64,000 nucleotides of DNA from a virus: the IMG/VR virus record IMGVR_UViG_3300037834_000041, positions 1,609-65,608 of that record; one strand, written 5' to 3'. Below are positions 18,842-26,736 of this stretch, piece by piece. Numbering within the stretch: position 1 is the first letter of the stretch; every line of letters starts with the position of its first letter. A model generated the notes under the pieces. It worked only from the letters and a program-made list of their open reading frames with translations, did not search any database and had not been told where the DNA came from. A program made the translations under genes and the position numbers.

Positions 18842-18946
18842 AGGGCGCGTCGCGGCTCGGTACGGCGTGGCCGGGTAGGGCGGGGCACGGCCCGGCATGG
18901 CGAGGCCGCGCATGGCGCGGCAAGGCGATGCATGGCGTGGCGAGGC
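18842..18946 (+). ncRNA. NN-GGY pentamer array 2 (21 units), candidate guide RNA
   Basis: Starts 4 nt after the RAMP-like stop; 18 of 21 units are GGY (exceptions GTC at 18849, CGC at 18909, TGC at 18929); followed by hairpin TCCTT-ATTTC-AGGGA. Confidence 0.8.
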
Positions 18947-18978
18947 TCCTTATTTCAGGGACCAATACGAGGTTGCAG

Positions 18979-19194
18979 ATGATTAAGACCTACGCGCACC
19001 ACGCCCCCTCAGCATACGGCTTGGAAGCGATCCGCTGTATCCGAGAAGCCTTCTCGGAACTGCATGAGAAGATCGAAGCCGCTTGCCCGGCCTCGCGCGA
19101 GCGGAGTGTCGCACTCACGGAGTTGGAAACCTCCGCGATGTGGGCGATCAAGAGCATTGTTCTGAACGACCCGGATTCCGAGATCACGAAGTAG
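18979..19194 (+). CDS. Acb2/Tad1-like hairpin-domain protein, putative immune second-messenger sponge (71 aa)
   Basis: GAGG RBS; YAHHAPS...CPASRERSVALTELETSAMWAIKSI resembles the SRE-x-S-x-A-x-T-x-LE-x-A-x-MW motif of the Acb2/Tad1 superfamily. Confidence 0.65.
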   Translation: MIKTYAHHAPSAYGLEAIRCIREAFSELHEKIEAACPASRERSVALTELETSAMWAIKSIVLNDPDSEITK

Positions 19195-19201
19195 TTCAGC
19201 T

Positions 19202-19273
19202 TGCGGGGTGGAGAAGAGGTATCTCGCCAGGCTCATAACCTGGAGGTCGCCGGTTCGACCCCGGCCCCCGCAA
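19202..19273 (+). tRNA. tRNA-Met(CAU), initiator-like; CCA not encoded
   Basis: Acceptor TGCGGGG/CCCCGCA, D-stem GAGA/TCTC (A11:U24), anticodon arm CCAGG-CTCATAA-CCTGG, T-arm GCCGG-TTCGACC-CCGGC. Confidence 0.93.
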
Positions 19274-19304
19274 CTTCCCGCGCATCGCGGGGATCAAGAG
19301 GTGA

Positions 19305-19724
19305 GTGATGAAGCGATTCTTGTTGCGGGCCGCGTGCGCGGCCCTGGTGGTGTGCTGCGCCCTCTCGGACGCGCAGGCCGGCCCCCTGAAGCGGCTGCTC
19401 GCCGGGCGGCGGTCGTGTGACGGCCCTGCCCCCCGGCGAATTGCCGAGGTCCGGGCGGAGCGACGCGGCGAATCCCCGTCGTGTTCCACCGGGACCGTGA
19501 CGTTCCGGCAGGTCGCTAGCGTGGCGGTGCTGCCGGTGGCGAAGTTCACGAACGGCGCGCCGGCGGTCCGGGCGGTCGAGATCCCCGTGACCCTACCGTC
19601 GGCCCAGGCCGCGACATTCGACTTCGCAAGCGAGTTCAAGTCCGCGCCGGCGTCGTGCGTGGACTGCCACAAGCAGCCTCAACCGTCTTCCTCGCCACCG
19701 CGGTTCTTCCGCGGGCGGCGGTAA
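19305..19724 (+). CDS. Secreted hypothetical protein with signal peptide
   Basis: MMKRFLLRAACAALVVCCALSDAQA signal peptide; CVDC near the C-terminus. Confidence 0.6.
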   Translation: MMKRFLLRAACAALVVCCALSDAQAGPLKRLLAGRRSCDGPAPRRIAEVRAERRGESPSCSTGTVTFRQVASVAVLPVAKFTNGAPAVRAVEIPVTLPSAQAATFDFASEFKSAPASCVDCHKQPQPSSSPPRFFRGRR

Positions 19725-19778
19725 CCGACCTCCCGGCCCGTGGTGGGGTGCGTTGCCCCAGGGTGTTCGAGGTGACGG

Positions 19779-20009
19779 ATGCCCGCGGAGACCACGGGCC
19801 GGGAGGATTCACCCGTGATCGATTCGAACAAGGTCGAGTTAATCGTCGTCGCCCTGGGCCTGCTCGTGGTCGCGCTACTCGCGGCCCTCGGCGGCCCCGG
19901 CGACGGCCCGGACGAGTCCGAAACAACCCCGGCCGGGGGCGGTCATGTTCCCGTTCCGCCCGCCGCTGCTCTTGGAGTTGGGCAGTGGCACACCGGCCGG
20001 GGTTTCTGA
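19779..20009 (+). CDS. Small membrane protein (start probably ~19816)
   Basis: TM segment LIVVALGLLVVALLAALG. Confidence 0.45.
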   Translation: MPAETTGREDSPVIDSNKVELIVVALGLLVVALLAALGGPGDGPDESETTPAGGGHVPVPPAAALGVGQWHTGRGF

Positions 20010-20024
20010 ACAAGGGGGTTCGTC

Positions 20025-20270
20025 ATGTTGGACACGCTGAACAAGTGCCGGCTCGAAACGCTCTGCGACGCGAAGGGCTGCCGAATGGTGGACGCCCTGG
20101 AGGTGGTGAAGGCCGTGTTCGCCAAGTTCCGCACCGTCGATGCCATGCGGAACGGGGCGAAGGTGGACGGCCAGGACCACAACACGGTCAGCTACGCCCG
20201 GAAGGTCTGTTCGCAGAAGAACCTCCCGTCGGCCGTGGAGGACGCGGTGTGGGCGTTCTTCACGGACTGA
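20025..20270 (+). CDS. Hypothetical protein (81 aa)
   Basis: ORF in operon orientation with an RBS-like GGGGG upstream. Confidence 0.55.
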   Translation: MLDTLNKCRLETLCDAKGCRMVDALEVVKAVFAKFRTVDAMRNGAKVDGQDHNTVSYARKVCSQKNLPSAVEDAVWAFFTD

Positions 20271-20296
20271 AACAGTCAAACACCAAGAGGTTGACG

Positions 20297-20908
20297 ATGG
20301 AAGGTTTCGCATACGTCCTTCGCTCGTGCCCGGCGAGCATGGTCGCACAGAACAATTTCAAGTGGCCTGAAAGCGGCCGGGCCGAGTGCCCGGACTGGAA
20401 CCCGAAGCCCGAATGCGGGAACGGTCTGCACGGTCTACTTTGGGGTATCGGCGACTGGTCTCTCTCCCATCTCTCCGATCCGACCGCGAAATGGCTCGTC
20501 GTCGAGGTGAAGATGGCCGAAGTCGTTGATCTCGTGGACAAGGTCAAGTTCCCGTCCGGCAACGTCGTCTACTGCGGCGGGTTGCCGGGCGCGCAGTCTT
20601 TGATTGCAGAAAAGCGTCTGCTTCATTTGGCATCGACCGCGGGCGAACAGGCTCCGGCATCGACCACGGGCTACAAGGCTCCGGCATCGACCACGGGCGA
20701 ACATTCGGTGGCCTGCTGTCTCAAACAACACGCAGTCGCGAAGTGTGGTCCGAACGGCTCCATCATTCTGTCTTGCTGGGACGGCACGCGACTTCGGCAT
20801 GTCGTCGCTTACGCGGGCGAGAACGGTATTGAGCCTGGCGTTTGGTACGAGTTGTCCCAATCAGGGCAGGTCGTTAAGGCTGCGGACCAAAACCCTTTGT
20901 CGGATTGA
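20297..20908 (+). CDS. Conserved phage protein (DUF7666-like) with three 9-aa repeats
   Basis: GAGG RBS; CPDWNPKPECGNGLHG...WLVVEV...KVKF motif; ASTxGxxAP repeats (27-bp period, 20630-20702). Confidence 0.65.
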   Translation: MEGFAYVLRSCPASMVAQNNFKWPESGRAECPDWNPKPECGNGLHGLLWGIGDWSLSHLSDPTAKWLVVEVKMAEVVDLVDKVKFPSGNVVYCGGLPGAQSLIAEKRLLHLASTAGEQAPASTTGYKAPASTTGEHSVACCLKQHAVAKCGPNGSIILSCWDGTRLRHVVAYAGENGIEPGVWYELSQSGQVVKAADQNPLSD

Positions 20909-20940
20909 ATCTTGGCTCTGGCGGCGGCCCCCTCGCCGCC

Positions 20941-21007
20941 CCCGACTCCGCCGGGCGGTCGCGCGTAGGAGTGAGCGCGGCGTGGGTTCGACTCCCGCGG
21001 GTCGGGT
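20941..21007 (+). ncRNA. tRNA-like element (degenerate tRNA or tRNA mimic)
   Basis: 8-bp acceptor-like stem CCCGACTC/GGGTCGGG and canonical T-arm GTGGG-TTCGACT-CCCGC. The D-arm is vestigial, and a 7-bp stem carries a 10-nt loop with no canonical anticodon loop. Confidence 0.5.
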
Positions 21008-21034
21008 TTCTTTGGCCGGCGGGAACCCCGTGCG

Positions 21035-21613
21035 ATGCAGGCTTCCGAATCGGACGTGTTGCTCGAAAACGAGGAGCGGATCCGCCGGCTGGTCGCGTGC
21101 GTGTTGCAAGGGTCCACGCTCAACCACCTGGAATCGTTCGACGACCTGATGCAAGTCGGGCGGATGGGCTGCTTGGAGGCGTGGCGGAAGTACAACCCCG
21201 ACCTCGGCAAGACGTTCTGGAACTACGCGAACCAGCGGGTGTACGGCGCGGTCGTCGATCACCTGGGGACGTGCGGGCTGGTGAAGCGGAAACACAGGCG
21301 GGCGGGCCGTGAACTGCCCGTCGTATTCGCCAAGCTCGCGGACGAGAAGGGCCAGATGGGCCAGTACGAGCCGTCGTACACCGTCGCCCTCGGCGAGGAG
21401 TCGGACTTCGACGAGTTCTTGGGGTTGGCGTTGCTCCGCAGCCTATCGCGGACGGAGCGGGAGATCCTTGCCGATTATTTCGTGGCCGGCCGGCTGATGA
21501 AGGAGATTGGCGCGGCCCGCGGGGTGAGCGAGTCGCGGATTTCGAACATCGTCCAACGTGTGCTGAGGCAGTTGCGAGAGGAGGCCAATGGTGAACCGGC
21601 AAGCGTTTCTTGA
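21035..21613 (+). CDS. Phage-encoded sigma-70 family factor (FliA/WhiG-like)
   Basis: Region 2 DLMQVGRMGCLEAWRKYNPDLGKTFWNYANQRVYGAVVDHL; region 4 LSRTEREIL...MKEIGAARGVSESRISNI. Confidence 0.85.
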   Translation: MQASESDVLLENEERIRRLVACVLQGSTLNHLESFDDLMQVGRMGCLEAWRKYNPDLGKTFWNYANQRVYGAVVDHLGTCGLVKRKHRRAGRELPVVFAKLADEKGQMGQYEPSYTVALGEESDFDEFLGLALLRSLSRTEREILADYFVAGRLMKEIGAARGVSESRISNIVQRVLRQLREEANGEPASVS

Positions 21614-22469
21614 AGACCGCCGCAAGGGAATAGGGAGCAGCGACGTTGCCAAGGTTCTGGGGCTGTCCCGGTTCGGCACGGCCCTGGACGTGTACCTGAG
21701 CAAGGTCCGGCCGGCCGACGCCACGGAGATGACTACGCATCAGGAGTGGGGCGTTCGTGCGGAACCGATGATCGCGGCCGCGATCTGCGACCACCACGGG
21801 TGGACGTTGAACAAGATTCCGACCGTCATTCACCGCGAGCATCGGTTCCTGCGGGCGTCCCCGGACCGGCTGAATCAATCGGGCGAGGCTGTCGAGATCA
21901 AGACCACGGCCCGCGCCGACGGGTGGGGCGAGCCGGAGACGGACGAGGTCCCCGAAGACTACTGGCTTCAGGCCCAGCACCAGCTTGAAGTTCTCCATGA
22001 GACCTACGGCACGGAAGTGTGCTGGGTGTTCGTGCTGGTCGGCGGCTCGGACTTCCGCCGCTACCGCGTGCCCCGCGACCCCGGCTACCTGGACACGGTG
22101 TTCGACCCGCTCCGGGAGTTCTGGCGGTGCGTCGAGGAGGAGACCCCGCCGCCGCCGGACTGGTCGCACCGGTCAACGCTTGATGCCTTGCAGAAGCTGC
22201 ACACGCCGATCAAGGGCCGGGCCGTGTCGCTCGACGACGAGGCTCAGCGGCTGGCCGACCGGTACTCGGCCCTCGGCGACGAGATTTCCGGGCTGAAGGA
22301 CCAGCGGGACGAGGTGAAGGCCCGGCTCGTCGCGGCCCTCGAAGACGCGGAAACCGGGATGCTGCCCGACGGTCGGCTCGTCGCCCGGAAGGAAGTTCAC
22401 CGCAAAGAGTACACGGTCCAGGCCACCAGTTACTTTGACCTACGAATCAGGAAAGGATGGGCATCGTGA
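21588..22469 (+). CDS. YqaJ-like viral recombinase exonuclease
   Basis: RRKGIGSSDV, ASPDRL, VEIKT, YWLQAQHQL. Confidence 0.9.
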   Translation: MVNRQAFLEDRRKGIGSSDVAKVLGLSRFGTALDVYLSKVRPADATEMTTHQEWGVRAEPMIAAAICDHHGWTLNKIPTVIHREHRFLRASPDRLNQSGEAVEIKTTARADGWGEPETDEVPEDYWLQAQHQLEVLHETYGTEVCWVFVLVGGSDFRRYRVPRDPGYLDTVFDPLREFWRCVEEETPPPPDWSHRSTLDALQKLHTPIKGRAVSLDDEAQRLADRYSALGDEISGLKDQRDEVKARLVAALEDAETGMLPDGRLVARKEVHRKEYTVQATSYFDLRIRKGWAS

Positions 22470-23413
22470 GCCAAGCCATCACGGAGATCGAGGACACCGG
22501 GTCGATGTTGCCGGGGTTCCTCCCGGCGGCCCAGACCGTCAACCACCAGATCCAGCTCGCCGCGGCGCTCCTGGACAAGCGGATCGCGACGGCCCGGAGC
22601 TTCCCGCGGTCGATCGCCCGGTTCAAGGGCGAGGCGACGGAGCTGCTGAAGACGGACATCGACACCGCCCGCAGCGCCGAGTACGCGAAGCCGGTCGGCG
22701 GCGGGAAGGTCGTCGGTCCGTCCGTCCGCCTCGCGGAGCTGGTCGCGATGTGCTGGCAGAACCTGGACATCACCGTCGAGGAGCCGGTCGCCACGGAGAA
22801 GACGGTCAGCGCGAAGGCGTCCGCCTGGGACCTGCAACGCAACCTGCGGCAGGAAGCGGTCGTCACCACGTCGATCCTGAACAAGAACGGCAACCGCTAC
22901 CCGCAGCACCTGATCGAGACGGCGGGCATGGCGTGCCAGGCGAAGGCCCGGCGGAACGCGATCCTGGCCGTCATCCCGCGGGCGTACATCAACGACCTTC
23001 TCGAAGTAGCCCGCGAGGTCGTGAAGGGCAATCAGGAACCGCTCGAAGTGACGCGGAAGAAGATGCTGGAGTTCTTCTCCCGCAGCTACAAGGTCAGCGA
23101 GGAACAGATCTGCAAGGCCCTGGACGTGGCCGGCGTGGACGACATCACGCAAAAGGGCATCGACGACCTGCGGTTGATCGCCAACGGGCTGAAGGAGGGC
23201 GAGCCGTTGGAGGCGTTCTTCGAGCCGCAGACCACGTCCCGACTCGATGGCGTGAAGCAGAAGATCCAGGACCGCCGCGGCAAGGGCGGTGACAAGCCGG
23301 CCGAGAAGAAGCCCGCGGACAAGCCGCCGGAATCGCCGACGGAGCAGCCGGGCGGCGGGAAGCTGTTCGGCGACGGCCCAGAGAAGACGGACATGGACGC
23401 AATCAGGAGGTAG
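22457..23413 (+). CDS. Putative single-strand annealing protein (partner of YqaJ)
   Basis: Directly follows the exonuclease; PVGGGKVVGPSVRLAE motif; disordered C-terminal tail. Confidence 0.55.
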   Translation: MGIVSQAITEIEDTGSMLPGFLPAAQTVNHQIQLAAALLDKRIATARSFPRSIARFKGEATELLKTDIDTARSAEYAKPVGGGKVVGPSVRLAELVAMCWQNLDITVEEPVATEKTVSAKASAWDLQRNLRQEAVVTTSILNKNGNRYPQHLIETAGMACQAKARRNAILAVIPRAYINDLLEVAREVVKGNQEPLEVTRKKMLEFFSRSYKVSEEQICKALDVAGVDDITQKGIDDLRLIANGLKEGEPLEAFFEPQTTSRLDGVKQKIQDRRGKGGDKPAEKKPADKPPESPTEQPGGGKLFGDGPEKTDMDAIRR

Positions 23414-23415
23414 CC

Positions 23416-23799
23416 ATGCCCATCAAGCCGGAGAACCGGGCGAAGTACCCGGCCGACTGGAAGGAGATCCGCGAACGGATTCGGCAGCGGGCCGGGAACT
23501 GTTGCGAGTTCTGCGGGATCGGGAATCACCTGATCGGCTATCGCATATACGGCGGCAGCTTCCGCCGCCTACGCGACGTGAAGCCGGGGACGATGTTAGA
23601 AACGCAAGGCGGGCTGCGGGTGAAGGCTTTCCGGATCGTCTGTACTGTGGCCCACCTGAACCACACGCTGGAAGACCACCGGGACGAGGTGTTGGCGTTC
23701 CTGTGCCAACGGTGTCACCTGGCCCACGACGCCCCGCAGCACGCGGAATCGAGGCGAAAGAACCGAGCGAAGGGGGGGAAGGCGAATGTTAAAGTGTGA
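23416..23799 (+). CDS. HNH-like endonuclease domain protein
   Basis: MPIKPENRAKYPADW, CEFCG, TVAHLNH, LCQRCHLAHD. Confidence 0.75.
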   Translation: MPIKPENRAKYPADWKEIRERIRQRAGNCCEFCGIGNHLIGYRIYGGSFRRLRDVKPGTMLETQGGLRVKAFRIVCTVAHLNHTLEDHRDEVLAFLCQRCHLAHDAPQHAESRRKNRAKGGKANVKV

Positions 23800-24133
23800 C
23801 GAGATCGCAGACCCGAATAGCTGCCTCAACAAGGCGAAGGACGACGAGCGTATCTTCGTCCTGCTCGCCCGCGACCCGGCAGCACCCGCGGCGATCCGGG
23901 CGTGGATCGGCGAGCGGCTCCGGACTGGCAAGAACCAACTGAACGACCCGAAGATTCTGGAGGCTCAGATCTGCGCCCACCATATGAGTACGGCCAGCGG
24001 TGCGGTGTCGCTCGACGAGCTTCGCCGCCTCATCAAAGACCAGCAGGAATTGATCTACAGCATGGGCGAGCAGATCAAGAAGCAAAGCGAACTGCTATCC
24101 AAGAAGGCCGAAGGAGCGCAGATCCGTGCCTGA
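23786..24133 (+). CDS. Conserved phage hypothetical protein
   Basis: SCLNKAKDDERIFVLLARDPAAPAAIRAW; overlaps its neighbours. Confidence 0.65.
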   Translation: MLKCDEIADPNSCLNKAKDDERIFVLLARDPAAPAAIRAWIGERLRTGKNQLNDPKILEAQICAHHMSTASGAVSLDELRRLIKDQQELIYSMGEQIKKQSELLSKKAEGAQIRA

Positions 24134-24647
24134 CGCCACCCCGCACGCCGACCCTCGCGTCCACGGCCCCGCGATCTGCCCTCGCGCCCCGAAGGGCTGC
24201 GAGGCGTGCAGCGGGCAACACCACTGGCTGGAAGCGTTCTGCGATAGCCCTGAAGACGACTTCGACCCGGAAGACAACGCCCGTGAACGAGCCGTCCGCC
24301 TTTGGGACAAGCAACACGGCACTGACCATTCCGGTACGGGGCACTACGGGTGCAAGCACTGCGACACCTGGGCGGAGTCTGACTTCGTTGAGGAGCTGAT
24401 TGAAGCTGATGACGAGGGCGACGAGGGTTTCGAGTGTTGGTGCGGGGCTTCTGGGCCAATTGGCGAGATGCTCGACGACAGCGGACTTGAACTGAACTGC
24501 GGCGGGACAGGTTCGCTGAACTGTGAATGCGGAGGCGATTTCTGCGTCTGCCATTATCACGGTTCGACGGAGTGCCCCGGCTGCGAGGACTGCGAACAGG
24601 ACGACGACGGCTTCGACGAGGACTATCAGGGGGAGGACGACGGGTGA
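24126..24647 (+). CDS. Cys-rich acidic zinc-binding protein
   Basis: Several CxxC/CxC clusters; coupled start and stop. Confidence 0.6.
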   Translation: MPDATPHADPRVHGPAICPRAPKGCEACSGQHHWLEAFCDSPEDDFDPEDNARERAVRLWDKQHGTDHSGTGHYGCKHCDTWAESDFVEELIEADDEGDEGFECWCGASGPIGEMLDDSGLELNCGGTGSLNCECGGDFCVCHYHGSTECPGCEDCEQDDDGFDEDYQGEDDG

Positions 24648-24952
24648 GTATCAGAACAATCACGATTCACGATCGCTGCCAGAAGTGCAACCGCACCCTA
24701 CGCAGCATCCAAGAGGGCGAGCGAGGCAAGTGCGCCGCGTGCTGGGTGTTGGAGATGCCGGCCGACACGATCGGCTCGCTGACGAGGCTGATCGCCACGG
24801 CGCTCAAGTCGTCCACCCAGGCCGAGCGGGACTCGGCCGTGCAGGACGCGATGGAGAAGATCAAGCGGGACGAGCTGCAGGCGCAGCCGCCCGAACCGGA
24901 AATCCAGCGGCTGGCGGACGACGGCTGCCCGCTCGCGAACACGCACTCTTAA
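24644..24952 (+). CDS. Zinc-finger hypothetical protein (102 aa)
   Basis: GTG start overlaps the upstream TGA; CQKC...CAAC. Confidence 0.6.
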   Translation: MSIRTITIHDRCQKCNRTLRSIQEGERGKCAACWVLEMPADTIGSLTRLIATALKSSTQAERDSAVQDAMEKIKRDELQAQPPEPEIQRLADDGCPLANTHS

Positions 24953-24964
24953 TTCGGTGCATAG

Positions 24965-26407
24965 ATGAAACGGTTGATCGTGACAGATCTGTTTTGCGGT
25001 GCGGGCGGCACGTCCACGGGCGTGAGCCAGTTCGCCGAGGCGTCGGGGCGGAAGCTCGAACTGGTGGCCGTGAACCACTGGGAGCGGGCGGTCGAGACGC
25101 ACGCGGCGAACCACCCGCGGGCCGCCCACTTCTGCCAGGACCTGACCCGGCTGAAGCCGGGCGAGGCGGTTCCGGGCGGGAAGCTCGATCTGCTCGTGGC
25201 GTCGCCGGAATGCACGCACCACAGCAACGCCCGTGGCGGGAAGCCGAAGAACGACCAGTCGCGGGCCTCGGCCTGGGTAGTCCTGGAGTGGGTGACGGCG
25301 CTGAAGGTGGACCGCGTCCTGATCGAGAACGTCCCGGAGTTCGTTTCGTGGGGTCCGCTCGGATCGGACGGGAAGGCGCTCGCCAGCAAGAAGGGCGAGA
25401 TTTTCAAGACGTTCATCCGCGCCCTGGAGGCCGCCGGCTACCGGGTCGAGTGGCGGGTTCTGAACGCGGCCGACTTCGGCGCGGCAACGTCCCGACGGCG
25501 GTTATTCATCCAGGCCGTGCGGGGCCGGCGGAAGATCGCGTGGCCGACGCCGACGCACAGCCGCGACGTGCGGGCGAACCTGTTCGGCACGCTCCCGCGG
25601 TGGCGGGCGGCACGGGAGATCATCGACTGGCCGATCCTCGGCGAGAGCATCTTCGCCCGGAAGCGGCCGCTGTCGGAGAACACGCTGAAGCGGATCGAGG
25701 CCGGGTTGAAGAAGTTCGGCGGCGCGGCGGCGGAACCGTTCCTAGTCGCGATGAACTACCTCAAGAGCCGGGAACATGACCAGCGGTACGCCCACGGGAT
25801 GGACGACCCGCTGCCGACGATCACCGGCCAGAGCAACCGGTTCGCGTTCATCATCCCGACGAACTACGGCGAGCGGCCGGGCCAGGCCCCGCGGACGCAC
25901 TCGGCCGAGTCGCCGATGCCGACGATCGTGGCCGGCGGGCAGACGCACGGCGTCGTCGAGGGCTGCATGGTGCAACTGACGCACGCCGGCCGCTACGGGC
26001 TGGTCGAGCCGTTCATCCTCCCCCACCGGCAGTTCGAGAACATGAGCGTTGACGACATCCGCGACCCGCTGCGGACGGTCACTGCCGTGAACGGCGGGTG
26101 TAACGGCGTCGTCCAGCCGTTCATCACGCCGTACTACGGGACTGGCATTCCCGATTCGACCGACGACCCGTTGGCGACCGTCACGTCGAAGGACCGGTTC
26201 GGCCTCGTCGAGCCGGACCGCGTCGCGCTCGACATCCGGTTCCGAATGTTGCAGCCCCACGAACTCAAGGCCGCGATGGGTTTCCCGCGCGACTACAAGA
26301 TCACCGGCAACCGCGGCGAGCAGGTCAAGCAGATCGGTAACGCCGTCGAAGTGAACCAGGCCCGCGCGTTGGCTGGCTCGATGCTGGGGGCAGGATGTAC
26401 CGCGTGA
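24965..26407 (+). CDS. dcm: DNA (cytosine-5) methyltransferase
   Basis: DLFCGAGG, SPECTHHS, IENVPEF, QIGNAV. Confidence 0.92.
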   Translation: MKRLIVTDLFCGAGGTSTGVSQFAEASGRKLELVAVNHWERAVETHAANHPRAAHFCQDLTRLKPGEAVPGGKLDLLVASPECTHHSNARGGKPKNDQSRASAWVVLEWVTALKVDRVLIENVPEFVSWGPLGSDGKALASKKGEIFKTFIRALEAAGYRVEWRVLNAADFGAATSRRRLFIQAVRGRRKIAWPTPTHSRDVRANLFGTLPRWRAAREIIDWPILGESIFARKRPLSENTLKRIEAGLKKFGGAAAEPFLVAMNYLKSREHDQRYAHGMDDPLPTITGQSNRFAFIIPTNYGERPGQAPRTHSAESPMPTIVAGGQTHGVVEGCMVQLTHAGRYGLVEPFILPHRQFENMSVDDIRDPLRTVTAVNGGCNGVVQPFITPYYGTGIPDSTDDPLATVTSKDRFGLVEPDRVALDIRFRMLQPHELKAAMGFPRDYKITGNRGEQVKQIGNAVEVNQARALAGSMLGAGCTA

Positions 26408-26736
26408 TTTCGCTGCGGGGCCTTTGGCCGCACAAGTTGAGCCAGGGCTTCATCTATCTTGGGCGGCCTCACGCCGGGCTGCCGGGCCACGAGTTGGCGA
26501 ACCCGTTCAGGGGCGAGCGGGCGTTGTTGGAGTTCGCGGCGTGGCTGCACGCCCTGCCGGACCTGGCGAAGCGGTTGCAGCGGCTGCGGGCCGAAACGGA
26601 GTGCGGCCGGTTCCCGCTGGCCTGCTGGTGCGGGTACTTCGCCCAGGGTGATCCTCCGCTGCCGTGTCACGCCTACATCGTCGCGCAGGCGATGATCGAG
26701 CGATTCCCCGAAGACATGAAGGGTGGTGAGTGGTGA
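26395..26736 (+). CDS. DUF4326-like protein
   Basis: IYLGR...LANPF, LACWC, PCHAYIV. Confidence 0.7.
   Translation: MYRVISLRGLWPHKLSQGFIYLGRPHAGLPGHELANPFRGERALLEFAAWLHALPDLAKRLQRLRAETECGRFPLACWCGYFAQGDPPLPCHAYIVAQAMIERFPEDMKGGEW

Noticed and set aside
18061-18946. GGY pentamer arrays as a CRISPR array or simple microsatellite
   Set aside because: There are no 23-50 bp repeats with unique spacers and no cas1/cas2. A slippage microsatellite would homogenise the units, whereas NN uses 14 different dinucleotides around a fixed GGY.
18688-18978. N-terminal extension of ORF 18688..19194 through array 2
   Set aside because: It overlaps the RAMP-like gene and the array; the RBS supports the start at 18979.
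20630-20702. 27-bp repeats as a regulatory or CRISPR-like array
   Set aside because: They are in frame and encode ASTxGxxAP peptide repeats typical of this phage protein family.
20941-21007. tRNA-like element as an amber suppressor for the TAG at 17880
   Set aside because: The loop is 10 nt and contains TAG rather than a CTA anticodon; there is no U33 context.
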